Assembly: GCA_951406725.2 (NCBI GenBank)
Contig: OX597820.1
Coordinates: 48,298,001-48,362,000 of the forward strand
Direction: 5' to 3'
From: Octopus vulgaris
Taxonomy: Eukaryota
DNA length: 64,000 nt
Of the stretch, positions 52,730 to 64,000 are shown piece by piece. Under the pieces are notes generated by a model. It saw nothing but the letters and a program-made list of their open reading frames with translations. It had not been told where the DNA came from and ran no database searches. Made by a program: the position numbers and the translations under genes. The stretch's first letter is position 1. Each line of letters opens with the position of its first letter.

Positions 52730-52922
52730 GTACCGTTGGCGATTTTTTTTCCTCTGTCTTCCCTTCTCTGGATCTTTCCTTCTCCTATGTTTCCACCGAA
52801 GAGCTCCACTCGAAACGTCAAACCCTCCTTCTTTCCTTCTTTCTTGAGCGTCCAATAATACTTTATTTGTTCCACGGCCTCGCGTTGTTGTGTTTTTGTG
52901 CTTTCATGTTTGGATTAACTGT
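52730..52922 (+). mobile_element. Hammerhead-bearing short element (same family as 8795-9022); HHR motif at 52789-52823
   Basis: gttt-CCACCGA-A-GAG-ctcca-CTC-GAAAC-GTC-aaac; the core is degenerate but the helices pair. Confidence 0.6.
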
Positions 52923-52944
52923 ATATATATGTATTCTTAATTTT

Positions 52945-53162
52945 TTCGTTTACTTATTTCAGGCATTTGACTGCGGCCGTGTTGGAGCACCGCCTTTAGT
53001 CGAGCAAATCGACCCAGGCCTTATTCTTTGTAAGCCTAGTATTTATTCTTTCGGTCTCTTTTGCCCAACCGCTAAGGTACGGGGGCGTAAACACACCAGC
53101 ATCGGTTGTCAAGCGATGGTGGGGGACAAACAGACACACAAAGATATACACACACATACATG

Positions 53163-53217
<55 letters not shown>

Positions 53218-53320
53218 ACGATGGGTTTCTTTTCAGTTCCTGTCTACCAAATCCACTGACAATGCTATAGTAGAAGACACTGGCCCAAGGTGCCACGCAG
53301 TGGGACTAAACCCAGAACTA
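52945..53320 (-). mobile_element. SINE family A, head truncated where the TA tract and LINE begin
   Basis: Reverse-complement match to family A. Confidence 0.9.
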
Positions 53321-53340
53321 TTATATATATATATATATAT

Positions 53341-55267
53341 AGAAGTGGGCCATTGAAAAAATCAAACTCAACCCCAAAGTGTTCTTTTCATTTGCGAGGA
53401 AACGCAGGGTCACTGTCTCCATTGTTGGCCCTCTAATTGATGAAACTGGCACTCTCCAAGATAATGCCAAATCCATGGCCGAGATACTGCAGAAACAATA
53501 CTGCTCTGTTTTCAGCAATCCTGATATGGCCGATCTGGGCTGTATCAGTGATGTCAACCCCCAACACACTATATCGGACATAACGTTTAGTGCCCCTGAT
53601 GTCTTAGCGGCGATAAACGAAATAAAACACAATTCAGCAGTAGGCCCCGATAGGTTCCCTGCTTGTGTCCTGAAGGTGTGTCGACACCAACTTGCATCTC
53701 CCCTTGCTAATCTGTGGAGAAACTCACTGGATGCTGGCTATATTCCAAAAAACCTTCTGTCCCAGTCTGTTGTCCCAGTTTTCAAAAAGGGAAACAAGTC
53801 CCTTGCTGTGAACTACCGTCCGATCTCACTCACCTCTCATATCATCAAGGTATTTGAGAGGGTGGTGAGATCTCGAATAACCCAATTTCTGGAAAGCAAC
53901 AGACGGCTGATCTCTAACCAACATGGGTTCCGTAATGGAAGGGACTGCCTAACGCAGCTCCTGCATCACTTTGATGACATTTTGAGAGCTTTGGGAGAGG
54001 GCTCCAACACCGATGTCATCTACCTTGATTTCAGTAAGGCCTTCGACAGGGTCGATCACAAGATCCTATTGAAAAAACTATCCAACATTGGTGTCTCTGG
54101 AAAGTTACTGAAATGGATCAAGTGTTTCCTGACAGACAGATCTCAACATGTTGTAGTTGAAGGGGTAAAATCAAGTCCAGCCAAAGTCAGTAGTGGCGTT
54201 CCGCAAGGCACTGTGCTGGGCCCACTTCTTTTCATCATTTACATTAATGACATTAATGACATCATCAAGCACAGCAACATAAAAATCTTTGCAGATGATT
54301 CCAAGCTACAGAAGGTCATAAATGAGGCGAGTGACCGGACATGCCTTCAGTCAGATCTACTGGCTGTTATCCAATGGGCAGAAAAAAACAATATGCTGCT
54401 GAACGAGGATAAATTTGAGTTAATCCACTTTGGAAAAGAGGATGCCCTGAAACTCCCATACTCCCTTCCTTCAGGTGAAACTCTCGCGGCGTCCAACAAC
54501 ATCAGAGACTTGGGAGTAATTGTGGACAACAACATAAGCTGGGCCACTCATATAAACACCAAAGTTGACATGGCCCGCAGAATGTGTTCCTGGATTCTCA
54601 GAACTTTCCAGTCGAGAGATATCCACACCATTATCCTTCTCTTCTCCACTTTTGCCCGACCCCACCTTGAATACTGTTGTCCACTGTGGTCTCCCCACAC
54701 AATAAAAGGTATCATAAAAGTTGAAGCACCTCAAAGGGCAATCACAAAAAAGATAGATGACATGACAGGCCTCGACTATTGGGGTCGACTAGAAAAGCTA
54801 AAGCTTTATTCTCTCCAACGTCGTCGTGAGCGCTACATCATCTGCATGATGTGGAAAATATTCCATCAGCATTGCCCAAATGATGTTGGCATCACCTTTA
54901 AGGTACATCCAAGGCTTGGGCCCCGTGCCATCCGCCCAAAACAAAAATCGCACTCTCATCTCATAACAACAATACGGCACAATTATTTCACCTCAATTGG
55001 CCTCGCTCTCTTTAACATTACACCAAAACACATTAAAACAGAAACTGACCCTATAGGGTTCAAGAAGTCTCTGGACAGATTCCTTCAAGACATCCCGGAT
55101 AAACCCCCTACACCCGGATATGTCTCTGTAAACAATAACTCTCTACTTGAGTGGGCCATAGTGCCCAAATTCTGACTTGAAAGGCTTCACCAGGTGGTGC
55201 TATTAAGTTAGACATGGCCTGGGCCAATAATGACCGAAACCTATCAAAGTATCAAAGTATCAAAGTA
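53341..55267 (+). mobile_element. 5'-truncated CR1-group LINE, young copy
   Basis: Starts at the base equivalent to position 121 of copy 1; ends in (TATCAAAG)3; flanked by TA repeats. Confidence 0.96.
53379..55175 (+). CDS. Uninterrupted LINE ORF2 fragment (reverse transcriptase and C-terminus, no endonuclease, no true start codon)
   Basis: 598-aa open frame with all RT motifs including FADD; the apparent start is an internal GTG. Confidence 0.85.
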   Translation: MFFSFARKRRVTVSIVGPLIDETGTLQDNAKSMAEILQKQYCSVFSNPDMADLGCISDVNPQHTISDITFSAPDVLAAINEIKHNSAVGPDRFPACVLKVCRHQLASPLANLWRNSLDAGYIPKNLLSQSVVPVFKKGNKSLAVNYRPISLTSHIIKVFERVVRSRITQFLESNRRLISNQHGFRNGRDCLTQLLHHFDDILRALGEGSNTDVIYLDFSKAFDRVDHKILLKKLSNIGVSGKLLKWIKCFLTDRSQHVVVEGVKSSPAKVSSGVPQGTVLGPLLFIIYINDINDIIKHSNIKIFADDSKLQKVINEASDRTCLQSDLLAVIQWAEKNNMLLNEDKFELIHFGKEDALKLPYSLPSGETLAASNNIRDLGVIVDNNISWATHINTKVDMARRMCSWILRTFQSRDIHTIILLFSTFARPHLEYCCPLWSPHTIKGIIKVEAPQRAITKKIDDMTGLDYWGRLEKLKLYSLQRRRERYIICMMWKIFHQHCPNDVGITFKVHPRLGPRAIRPKQKSHSHLITTIRHNYFTSIGLALFNITPKHIKTETDPIGFKKSLDRFLQDIPDKPPTPGYVSVNNNSLLEWAIVPKF

Positions 55268-55287
55268 TATATAGTTTGTCACTAGAA

Positions 55288-55359
<72 letters not shown>

Positions 55360-55484
55360 ATATATAAATGTGTTTCTATAAACACTCGCATACGTACAAA
55401 CACAAACACACACACACACACCCATGCACGCATGCAGGCACGCGCTCACACTCACACACACTCAGCTGGCAAAAATGTGTTATA

Positions 55485-55665
55485 CATTTATTTGAAAGGG
55501 CCTACCTTGTCACACTCTGTGTCACGCTGAATTTCCTCGAGAACTACATTAGGGGTACACATGTTTGTGGAATGCTCAGCTACTTGCACGTTAATTTCAC
55601 GAGTAAGCTTTTCTGTCGATCGTATCAGCTGGGACCCTCGTCGTGGTAACCGACGGTGTGCTCCT
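55485..55665 (+). mobile_element. SINE 3' fragment (homologous to 5984-6255)
   Basis: Shared body sequence, ending in (CA)n. Confidence 0.55.
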
Positions 55666-55666
55666 C

Positions 55667-55759
<93 letters not shown>

Positions 55760-56984
55760 AGGGGAGAGATAGAGATGGATAGATAGAGAGAGTGGGGGGG
55801 AGATGGAATGTCTTCTGCGTGGTGATTATTCCAAATTTGCTTGAGATTTACATGGTGAATAGGTAGAGAAGGTGAAAGCATAATTCCCTTCCTTGGTGAA
55901 TGCGAAACTGTAGAAATTTCTAGGTTACTGTATCGGGATGAAACAAATAAACTAACATGAACATTACTGAAAGTATTATACAGTTAATCATATACTAGTA
56001 CTTTAGAACAAAATTACAGAAAGTTTACTGTAGTGCCAGAAAATTTGAACAACACTTCTACAAAAGATCATTAACAAGGAATGTGCATGTATAACTGTAA
56101 ACAAACACGCATGGCTATATTCCCAGAAGTCTTCAAAAGGAAGCAACATTCAGAAGCAGATTAGACAATCCGGGATTAATTCTTTGAAGAATTTGATTTT
56201 TGCAATACATTAACAAAACATAGTTACAAAATATCTGATGCACAAAATAGGCAGAAATATAGGTAAATACTGAGGTGCGATAACCAATACAAGCATTGTA
56301 GAATCAAGTCTGAGGATACCACCCTCATAAGAGGTCTTTACCAGAAACAAAGAGTGTCTTCGTGAGACATGATGGTGTGCTTAGATCACTATATAATGAA
56401 ATCAATATAAATATAGATAGGCATGCACACACACACACACACAGTCGGGCATACACACATATGCAGATTTAATGACAACTATACGTAGGATAGTCCTGAG
56501 GAGATAAATATAAGACTATAAGACATAACAGTGATTTCGAAAGCATAACCACACAAAGTTCGAATAGCTGCTGGTGAAATAAACCTGCCAAGGCATCAAT
56601 AAGATGTAAGCAGAGGGACAAACAATTAAACTATGCACAGTAACTGAAATCACTTGCCGTGTGCATGTCAATGTTATATTAAATGATAGCGAAAAGAGAA
56701 CACCTAGAACGAATTGATGAAAAAACCTGCAGTGTTTCATCCGAACTATTAAATTTAGACTTCTCCCATTTGATGTAGGAACACTTGGCTACGTGAATAA
56801 CTGCCTCAGGGCCAATCATGTGGAGCTGGGAATCATGAAACTAGAAAGAACACGCCTAATCAGAAGATTACAGGTATAAGCCGTCAAATCTACTATCATA
56901 ATAGGTATGATATTCATCAAGTTTAGCGTGTAATATCTACATACGGAATGCTTTCTACAGGTGTGCCCTTGCGCGCATAATATA

Positions 56985-57032
<48 letters not shown>

Positions 57033-57171
57033 CGTGTGTGTGTATATATGTATATAGACATGTATACAAACATGCATGCATACATAAATACGAGAAATGT
57101 ACATACGTATTTATATGTGTATATATATGTATATATGTATATATACATATATATATATATGTATGTATGTA

Positions 57172-57244
<73 letters not shown>

Positions 57245-57879
57245 TATATATACATATATATACTCAAACCTACTTTGATATCCAAATTCCAGTGAAGGAG
57301 TTTTCATTCTAGGCTCGAAAGTGTAGCATTTTACATTGATAAGAAATTCAAAAAAGAAAACGATGCAAACAAACATTCAGACTTACATACAAAAACACAC
57401 ACATTTTCATGGTTGCGTGCATACACATGTGCATATATATATGTGTGTATATATCACACACATATATACTCCATACACTCCATACACTCACAACCGTCTT
57501 CATATTTACAGTATTCATATTTATATTATTTACATTCATATTTTTATATTCATATTGAGGTTTAAATATTATTATGTTTGATTCACAACGTCAATTAAAA
57601 TTATTTATATTCAATACTGCACTTATTCATTGACGCTAAAATTCCTGAGATTTGATTGCTGTCATTGATATCTATTAATATTTATCACAGCTACTGCACA
57701 GTTCAAATGTATAATTATGCAGTTTCTTATGATACTATAAATACATATGCATACGCCGACAGAAAGACTGACAGAGAGACACACACATGCATACAAATGC
57801 ACGCACGCGCGCATAAATGGATGTGATATGAAGTCCGAGAAAGACGGTTCTGCAATTTTTGGTCGAACATGCTTTACGA

Positions 57880-58035
57880 ATGTTTAGTTTAGAGTGATCA
57901 AATCCATCGAAACGACGTTGCCTGACCTGGTGTCGAAGTAATTGCAGAGTAACGAGAGATGAAGTGCTTTGCTCAAGAACACAATGAATCACCCGGTCCA
58001 GGAACTGAAACCCATGATCTCGGGTGCATGAGCTC
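57880..58035 (-). mobile_element. tRNA-derived SINE fragment
   Basis: Minus strand: B-box-like gggtttcagttcc followed by gtgttcttgagcaaagcacttc. Confidence 0.55.
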
Positions 58036-58096
58036 ACGACAACAGATGCAGGCATTCTTTAAAATTAAATTATTTATTTAAAACTTATTAAAATTC

Positions 58097-58607
58097 AAGT
58101 AATGGTTGTCACATCTTCAACATAGCTGTTCCGTACGAACTGACGTTGTTGCAATTTTTTAAACCTAACAGGACATTTCCTCTTGCTAGTTAACGGTGCA
58201 ACCTGCATCCAATATATTGCAAGTTGGGGAACGAATCCTACCACATTCTAGCGAAAGGACCAGTAGGCCAGCCTTGTTTTGGGTTATTTCTGCTCTTCCT
58301 CAGTGCTGGACACCTTGTCTACTAGAGATGGCAGTAATTCCCTCAAGTTTGCAAGATATAGAAAATCAATACATCCAGTCAGTGATCTTGCAACAAGCAA
58401 AGCAGCTAGTTACAAAACCTCTGTAAGAAATGAAGGCAGTAACTGTACTGGCAAGTAATGTTTGTTGCCGCTTCAACATGGCTGTTCCATACAAACGGAC
58501 GTTATTGCGATTTTTGAACACCCAAGAGGACATTTCCTCTAGCTGATATATTGCAAGCAGGGGAACGAAACCCTATCACCTTTTAGCGACTGGACCAGCA
58601 GACTAGA
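58097..58607 (+). repeat. Diverged ~160-bp direct repeat (58097-58272 and 58452-58607)
   Basis: caagtaatg...cttcaacat.gctgttcc.tac.aac.gacgtt.ttgc.atttt...aggacatttcctct...atatattgcaag..ggggaacgaa...tagcga..ggaccag. Confidence 0.8.
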
Positions 58608-59184
58608 ACTTTCTTTATGTTAAACCCTTATATTGCATCATATCAATCTATCTATCTACAGATATGTACAATATATATGTTCAATATATCCAGTAAAGAC
58701 TGTATTACTTTGAAATAGCAACGTATGTATCATACGTCATGTAAATATATCGCAGTAAGTCAAATTTGCTGCTTGTATCCGCCCAGAGTAAAGGTTTATG
58801 GATTATCCTGTATTGGAAAACACAATATGCATCAGAACTGTACACAAAATTATCTAAGCAGTGACCAATGAGAACACCAGATGCATATTTAGCTTAATAT
58901 GATAAACAAATATCTATTTTAAATGTAAATACACGCACATACATATGCACGCGTGGGCACGCACACACTCACACACGCGAACACACGCGTATACACACAC
59001 ACAAATGAGCGCGCGTGCAAACAAATATACATGATTGTATGTAAATGTATAGTAGCTAGGTTTATACATAGTGCGTCAGGCTTTTGAGGTTATTTCTTTG
59101 CATTTAGGAAAAGACGCAAAGCTCAAGAAAAGAAAAAAGCTGCATATGAAAACAAATTGATATAAATAAGCTTTAGAATCCTTT

Positions 59185-59555
59185 TATCACGCCTACTCAG
59201 TGAATCCAGCGTTAGCAGCAATGGCCGCTTCAATACGGGGTTGGAAGCGTTGACATGACTGAATCAAACGATCTTTATCAAATTTGAACATACTGCTGGT
59301 TATGGCGGACTTGGGATATTGCATTAGGTTATGGGGGTGTTCATTGACCTCATTTTCGACTACATCCTCAAGTAATAGTCCAGGGAATTTATGTCTGGCG
59401 AGCTAGGCGGTAATATATCTGGAAAAACATGGTCATAGAGATTGACTTGCATCCACACTTGGTCGGAAAACTTACGGTCTTTCGTTGCGTAATCTGCCGA
59501 TCCAAGGAGTCACAACTTTCTCCAGAACCTCAGTGAAGACAGCGGTATGGACCTT
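59185..59555 (-). pseudogene. Tc1/mariner (maT/DD37D-like) transposase C-terminal fragment
   Basis: Minus-strand translation EVLEKVVTPWI ... PPSSPDINSLDYY ... ENEVNEHPH ... QSCQRFQPRIEAAIAANAGFTE*. Confidence 0.8.
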
Positions 59556-59624
59556 GTATATGTAGATTGAGTTCTACGCTAGGCTATATGCTGAAGCATA
59601 TGTATAAGGAGTTTCACACAGGTA

Positions 59625-59985
59625 CACCACATAAAGAATTATCCCAGTACTTATTATAATTTTGTACAGCCTGGCACGTATTCTAGCGATCTCCTTTGCC
59701 GAACCGCAAATTAAAGTTACATAAACACACCTACACCGGTTGTGAAGCAGTGCTGGGGAACAAGCACATACACAAAACACACGCACATACACACGCGCAT
59801 ACATACACATATACATATATAGCATGGCTTCTTTTAGTTTCCCGCTACCAATTCCACTCAGAAGGCTTTGGTTGAACTGAAGCTACAGTTGAAGACTCCT
59901 ACCCAAGTTGCCATGGAGTAGGACTGAACCCGGAACAATGTAGTTGGGAAGCACAATTCTGAGCACACAACCACAGCTACGCGTA
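59625..59985 (-). mobile_element. SINE family A (diverged)
   Basis: Reverse-complement match to family A. Confidence 0.8.
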
Positions 59986-60201
59986 TACATGAAAATACTT
60001 ATTTTGATAGATACACAGACTCAAACATGTATGAAAACATATAATAACAAAACCTCCCGATATTGTATTATGTATATGTATAAGCATCTGTGTGTGTGTA
60101 AATGCTGTTAAGAATATCATGGCGAACTGAATAATTGATGCATGGATCTGGGAGCGGGCGAATGTGAATATATATATATATGTTTATATTATGTGTGTAT
60201 G

Positions 60202-60235
<34 letters not shown>

Positions 60236-60412
60236 TGTATGTATGTATGTATGTATGTATGTATCTATCTATCTATCTATGTATGTACGTATGTATGTAT
60301 GCATGTATTTATGTATGCGTATATGTATATGCATATGTATTTGTATATACATATATACATACATAAATGTGTATGTACAAATGTATAATGATAAACGTCT
60401 GATCCCAAATCC

Positions 60413-60471
<59 letters not shown>

Positions 60472-60669
60472 CATACATATATATACACACACACATATAT
60501 ATATATGTGTATATATAATATTATATATATATTTATATATTAATATATATATATATATAAATATATATATATATTATAATATTATACATATATATATGTG
60601 TATGTGTGTATTTATACATTATATCATATTTGTTTACAAAAATTGTATGTCATATATATATGCATATAT

Positions 60670-60721
<52 letters not shown>

Positions 60722-60741
60722 ATTCAAACGCACACATACAT

Positions 60742-60784
<43 letters not shown>

Positions 60785-61524
60785 TTACATGTATGGATGG
60801 ATTTGCGATGGATTTATATATTTATATATATGTGTGTGTGCGTAGGCTTGCTTTTATGCTTGTAGGTGTGTGTGTGTAAAAAGTCTACGTAATATATGTG
60901 AATACGTTTGCAATGTATAAAAACGGATCTTGTTGCAAAGAACATTTGATACTGTACAGTCATCCAAGTATCTGAACCGGTATGTAAATTAGTGACATAA
61001 TATGACGTCATCGCCATGAAGACTTATGACAATCTTTAACCTTGGTAAATAGGTTTTTGACTGGTTAATTATCTTGCATTTCACGTGCTACAGACATCAT
61101 CAATTATGTGCATACGATATATAAACACACCGTTGCACACACAAACACACACACACAGACACACAAACACACATACTCGACATCCGTTATCCATCTGCGA
61201 ATGTAAGGATCTGTGTCCAATACACATGTTATATTTACACACACAATGCAAAAATCTATGTAAATAACTGTTATATTCATAGAAATATAGAATCTATTAT
61301 TCATGTATATATATTGTATATGACAAATAAATGATACATACATACATACAAATACACACATAGAGCGTATTTATGTATAACGATAGAGAATGAGTAAGGA
61401 AAAGAGAGTAAAGTCTTTGAATTGATTGACTGAGATATATATTTCTAATACATCAACAAATAAATGTACATGTTGATGTATAAGTGTAGATGCAGATGCA
61501 ATTTCCTATATATATATCATATCA

Positions 61525-61800
<276 letters not shown>

Positions 61801-62189
61801 TAGATATATATATTTCAATTTAATACATACAAACTCAGTCAGACACACTCGCACGCACACACACACACACAGACACACACACACATATATATACATACCT
61901 TGTCGCGCGCGTGTGTGTGTATGTGTGTGTGTATTAGTATATACGAGTCACATATATCTACAGTGGAAAAGGCTATCCACTGGATTTGGTTAAAAAGAGA
62001 CGATGAGCGACGGCTAGAAGAATATTTAGCTTTATTTGATAACCAGTTGATCTAGGAAGCGGGACCCCATATCAGTGGTGATGGTGGTAGTTGGGGGCGC
62101 ATTGGTGCCGTCGAGAGGTAGGCCCCAAAACGGCGCGCTCTCTCTCCTGATGACCGAATACACTTGCTGGATTCCGGGATGTGGACCTT

Positions 62190-62388
62190 TTGGTATGTCT
62201 ATGTTTGTCCCCTACCACTATCGCTTGACAACCGATGTGTTTACGTACTTGTAACAAAGCGCTAGTACTTATAGAATAAGTACTAGGCTTACAAAGAATA
62301 AGTCCTGGCGTCGATGTGTTCGACTAAAGGCAGTACTCCAGCAAGGCCGCTGTCAAGTGACTGATACAAGTAAATGAGTAAAAGAATA
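62190..62388 (+). mobile_element. SINE family A, 3' half
   Basis: cgcttgacaaccgatg...tagaataagtactaggcttacaaagaataagtcctgg...cgactaaagg. Confidence 0.85.
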
Positions 62389-62756
62389 ACAGAATATGTG
62401 TTAGCGTGTTTACGAATATATGCTTTCTCAAGCTTACACACACACGTATGTTTGCATATGAAGATTATTAGATAAGTTCATATTTTATAGAAAGTGCGAT
62501 ATTTAAGCTGATATAGCAAATAGAATAGATAAATAATAAATATATATGTATATGTGTGTGTGCGCGCGCCTCTTGGGTGTTTGAATGTACATATTTGTAT
62601 ATCTGTGTATGTGGGTATATGTGTATAAATGAAAACATATACATTGTTTTATTATTGTAAGTGTGGACAAAACTTAGATGTTAATAGCGGGATGAAATTC
62701 AGTTATGCATATTGTGCTATACGCTAAGAACTCTACTATCTTACCCAATATTAAAT

Positions 62757-63745
62757 CTTTCTACTATGGGCACAAGGCCTGAAATTTAGGTTAAGGGAGC
62801 TAGTCGACTGCATTGACCCTACTGCTGAAATGGTACTTATTTCATCAACCTCAAAAGGATGAAATGCAAAGTCAAACTCGGCGTAATTTGAGCTCAAAAC
62901 GTATAGCCGGAAAATACGTATTTTCTCTAGCGTGCTATGTATATGCAAATATATGTATATGTATACACATACATAGTCACATATATAGCACCATTTTACC
63001 TAAGCATTTTCCCGGCGTGATAACGATTGTGCCAACTTGCCTAATAATAATCCTTTCAGCCAAAAAACTCAAGTTTTGGGCGAGGGTGCTAGTAGATTAC
63101 AGGATAAAACGCAATGTCGACCCCGGGAGAATATGAACTCAGAACGCACAAGCGCTTTAAGCATTTTGCCCAGCGTGCTATCGATTCTACCAACTCGCCA
63201 CCTTTCATTTGCTTAATAATAATCATTTCTACTATAGGCACAAGGCCTGAAATTTGGGAGCCGGGTATAGTCGATTACATCGACCCCAGTACTCTACTGA
63301 TACTTAATTTATCGACCCTGAAATGATGAAAGTCAAACTCGACATCGGCGGAATTTGAACACAGAACGTAGCGACGGGCGAAATACCGCCAAACATTTCA
63401 TCCAGCGTGCTAACGATTCTGCCAGTTCGGTGTCTTTATTATAATAATGACGATGATTATACAATGATGATAACAATGCTTTCTAATTTTGGCGTAAGGC
63501 TAGAAATTGTGAGAGCGAGAGAAGTAGCGGAACGCTTTTACTGGAATTAATTTTGATTTCAATTTTTCGCACGAGTTCAACAAGCACAGGGTCAGCAAGT
63601 CGATTACATTGACTCCGGTGTTCAACTGGTACTTATTTTATCGAACCCCAAAGGTACGAAAGACAGAGTTGATCTCGGTGGAATTTGAACTCAGAACGTG
63701 TAGACGGACGAAATGTATTTCAACATTTTGTCCAGCTTAACAATA
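62757..63745 (-). mobile_element. Cluster of minus-strand SINE family B copies and fragments (62757-62930, 63000-63205, 63226-63432, 63595-63745)
   Basis: Repeated tttctactat.ggcacaaggcctgaaattt...gtacttattt...gaatttgaactcagaacgt. Confidence 0.85.
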
Positions 63746-63766
63746 ACTGCAATAATAGATCATTTA

Positions 63767-63985
63767 TAAGGCGGCGAGCCGGAAGAAACGTTAGCACGCC
63801 GGGCGAAATGCTTAGCGCTATTTCGTCTGGTCTTTGCGTTCTGAGTTCAAATTACGCCGAGGTCGACTTTGCCTTTCATCCTTTCGGGGACGATAAATTA
63901 AGTACCAGTTGCGTACTGGAGTTGATCTAATTGACTGGCCCCCTTACCCAAAATTTCGGGGGCCTTGTACTGAGAGTAGAAGAGA
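63767..63985 (+). mobile_element. SINE family B, near full length
   Basis: aaggcggcgagc...ttagcacgccgggcgaaatgcttagc...gagttcaaat...ctttcatcctttcgggg.cgataaattaagtaccag. Confidence 0.92.
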
Positions 63986-64000
63986 ATAATAGATCATTTA

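Noticed and set aside
53379-55175. Domesticated or stand-alone RT gene (retron- or telomerase-like)
   Set aside because: It is near-identical to another LINE copy, 5'-truncated at a TA tract, has no ATG or promoter, and ends in a LINE tail.

Overview
Repeat-dominated, AT-rich eukaryotic intergenic or intronic DNA. It is most likely from an octopus or other coleoid cephalopod (inferred from the SINE families and the extreme microsatellite load). I can support no host protein-coding gene, and most ORFs in the track are microsatellite artefacts. Contents: (i) a dispersed cluster of initiator tRNA-Met genes, 3 essentially intact and 4 decayed, three of which share an upstream motif; (ii) two nearly identical CR1-group LINE copies and one diverged relative, all next to (TA)n, plus a decayed RTE LINE flanked by a ~190-bp direct duplication; (iii) Tc1/mariner fossils, MITEs (two 8-bp-TSD copies that each sit beside a tRNA-iMet gene), non-autonomous Helitrons and more than 20 SINE copies; (iv) at least eight hammerhead-ribozyme-like motifs of the minimal Penelope type, one with an intact core; (v) a 3.3-kb CpG-rich 10-mer satellite that inverts mid-array, is followed by a spacer-less palindrome and is bracketed by outward-facing hammerhead motifs; (vi) a 1.65-kb, 34-bp minisatellite apparently amplified from a SINE internal segment. 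Coordinates were read by eye, so the ends of decayed repeats are approximate.
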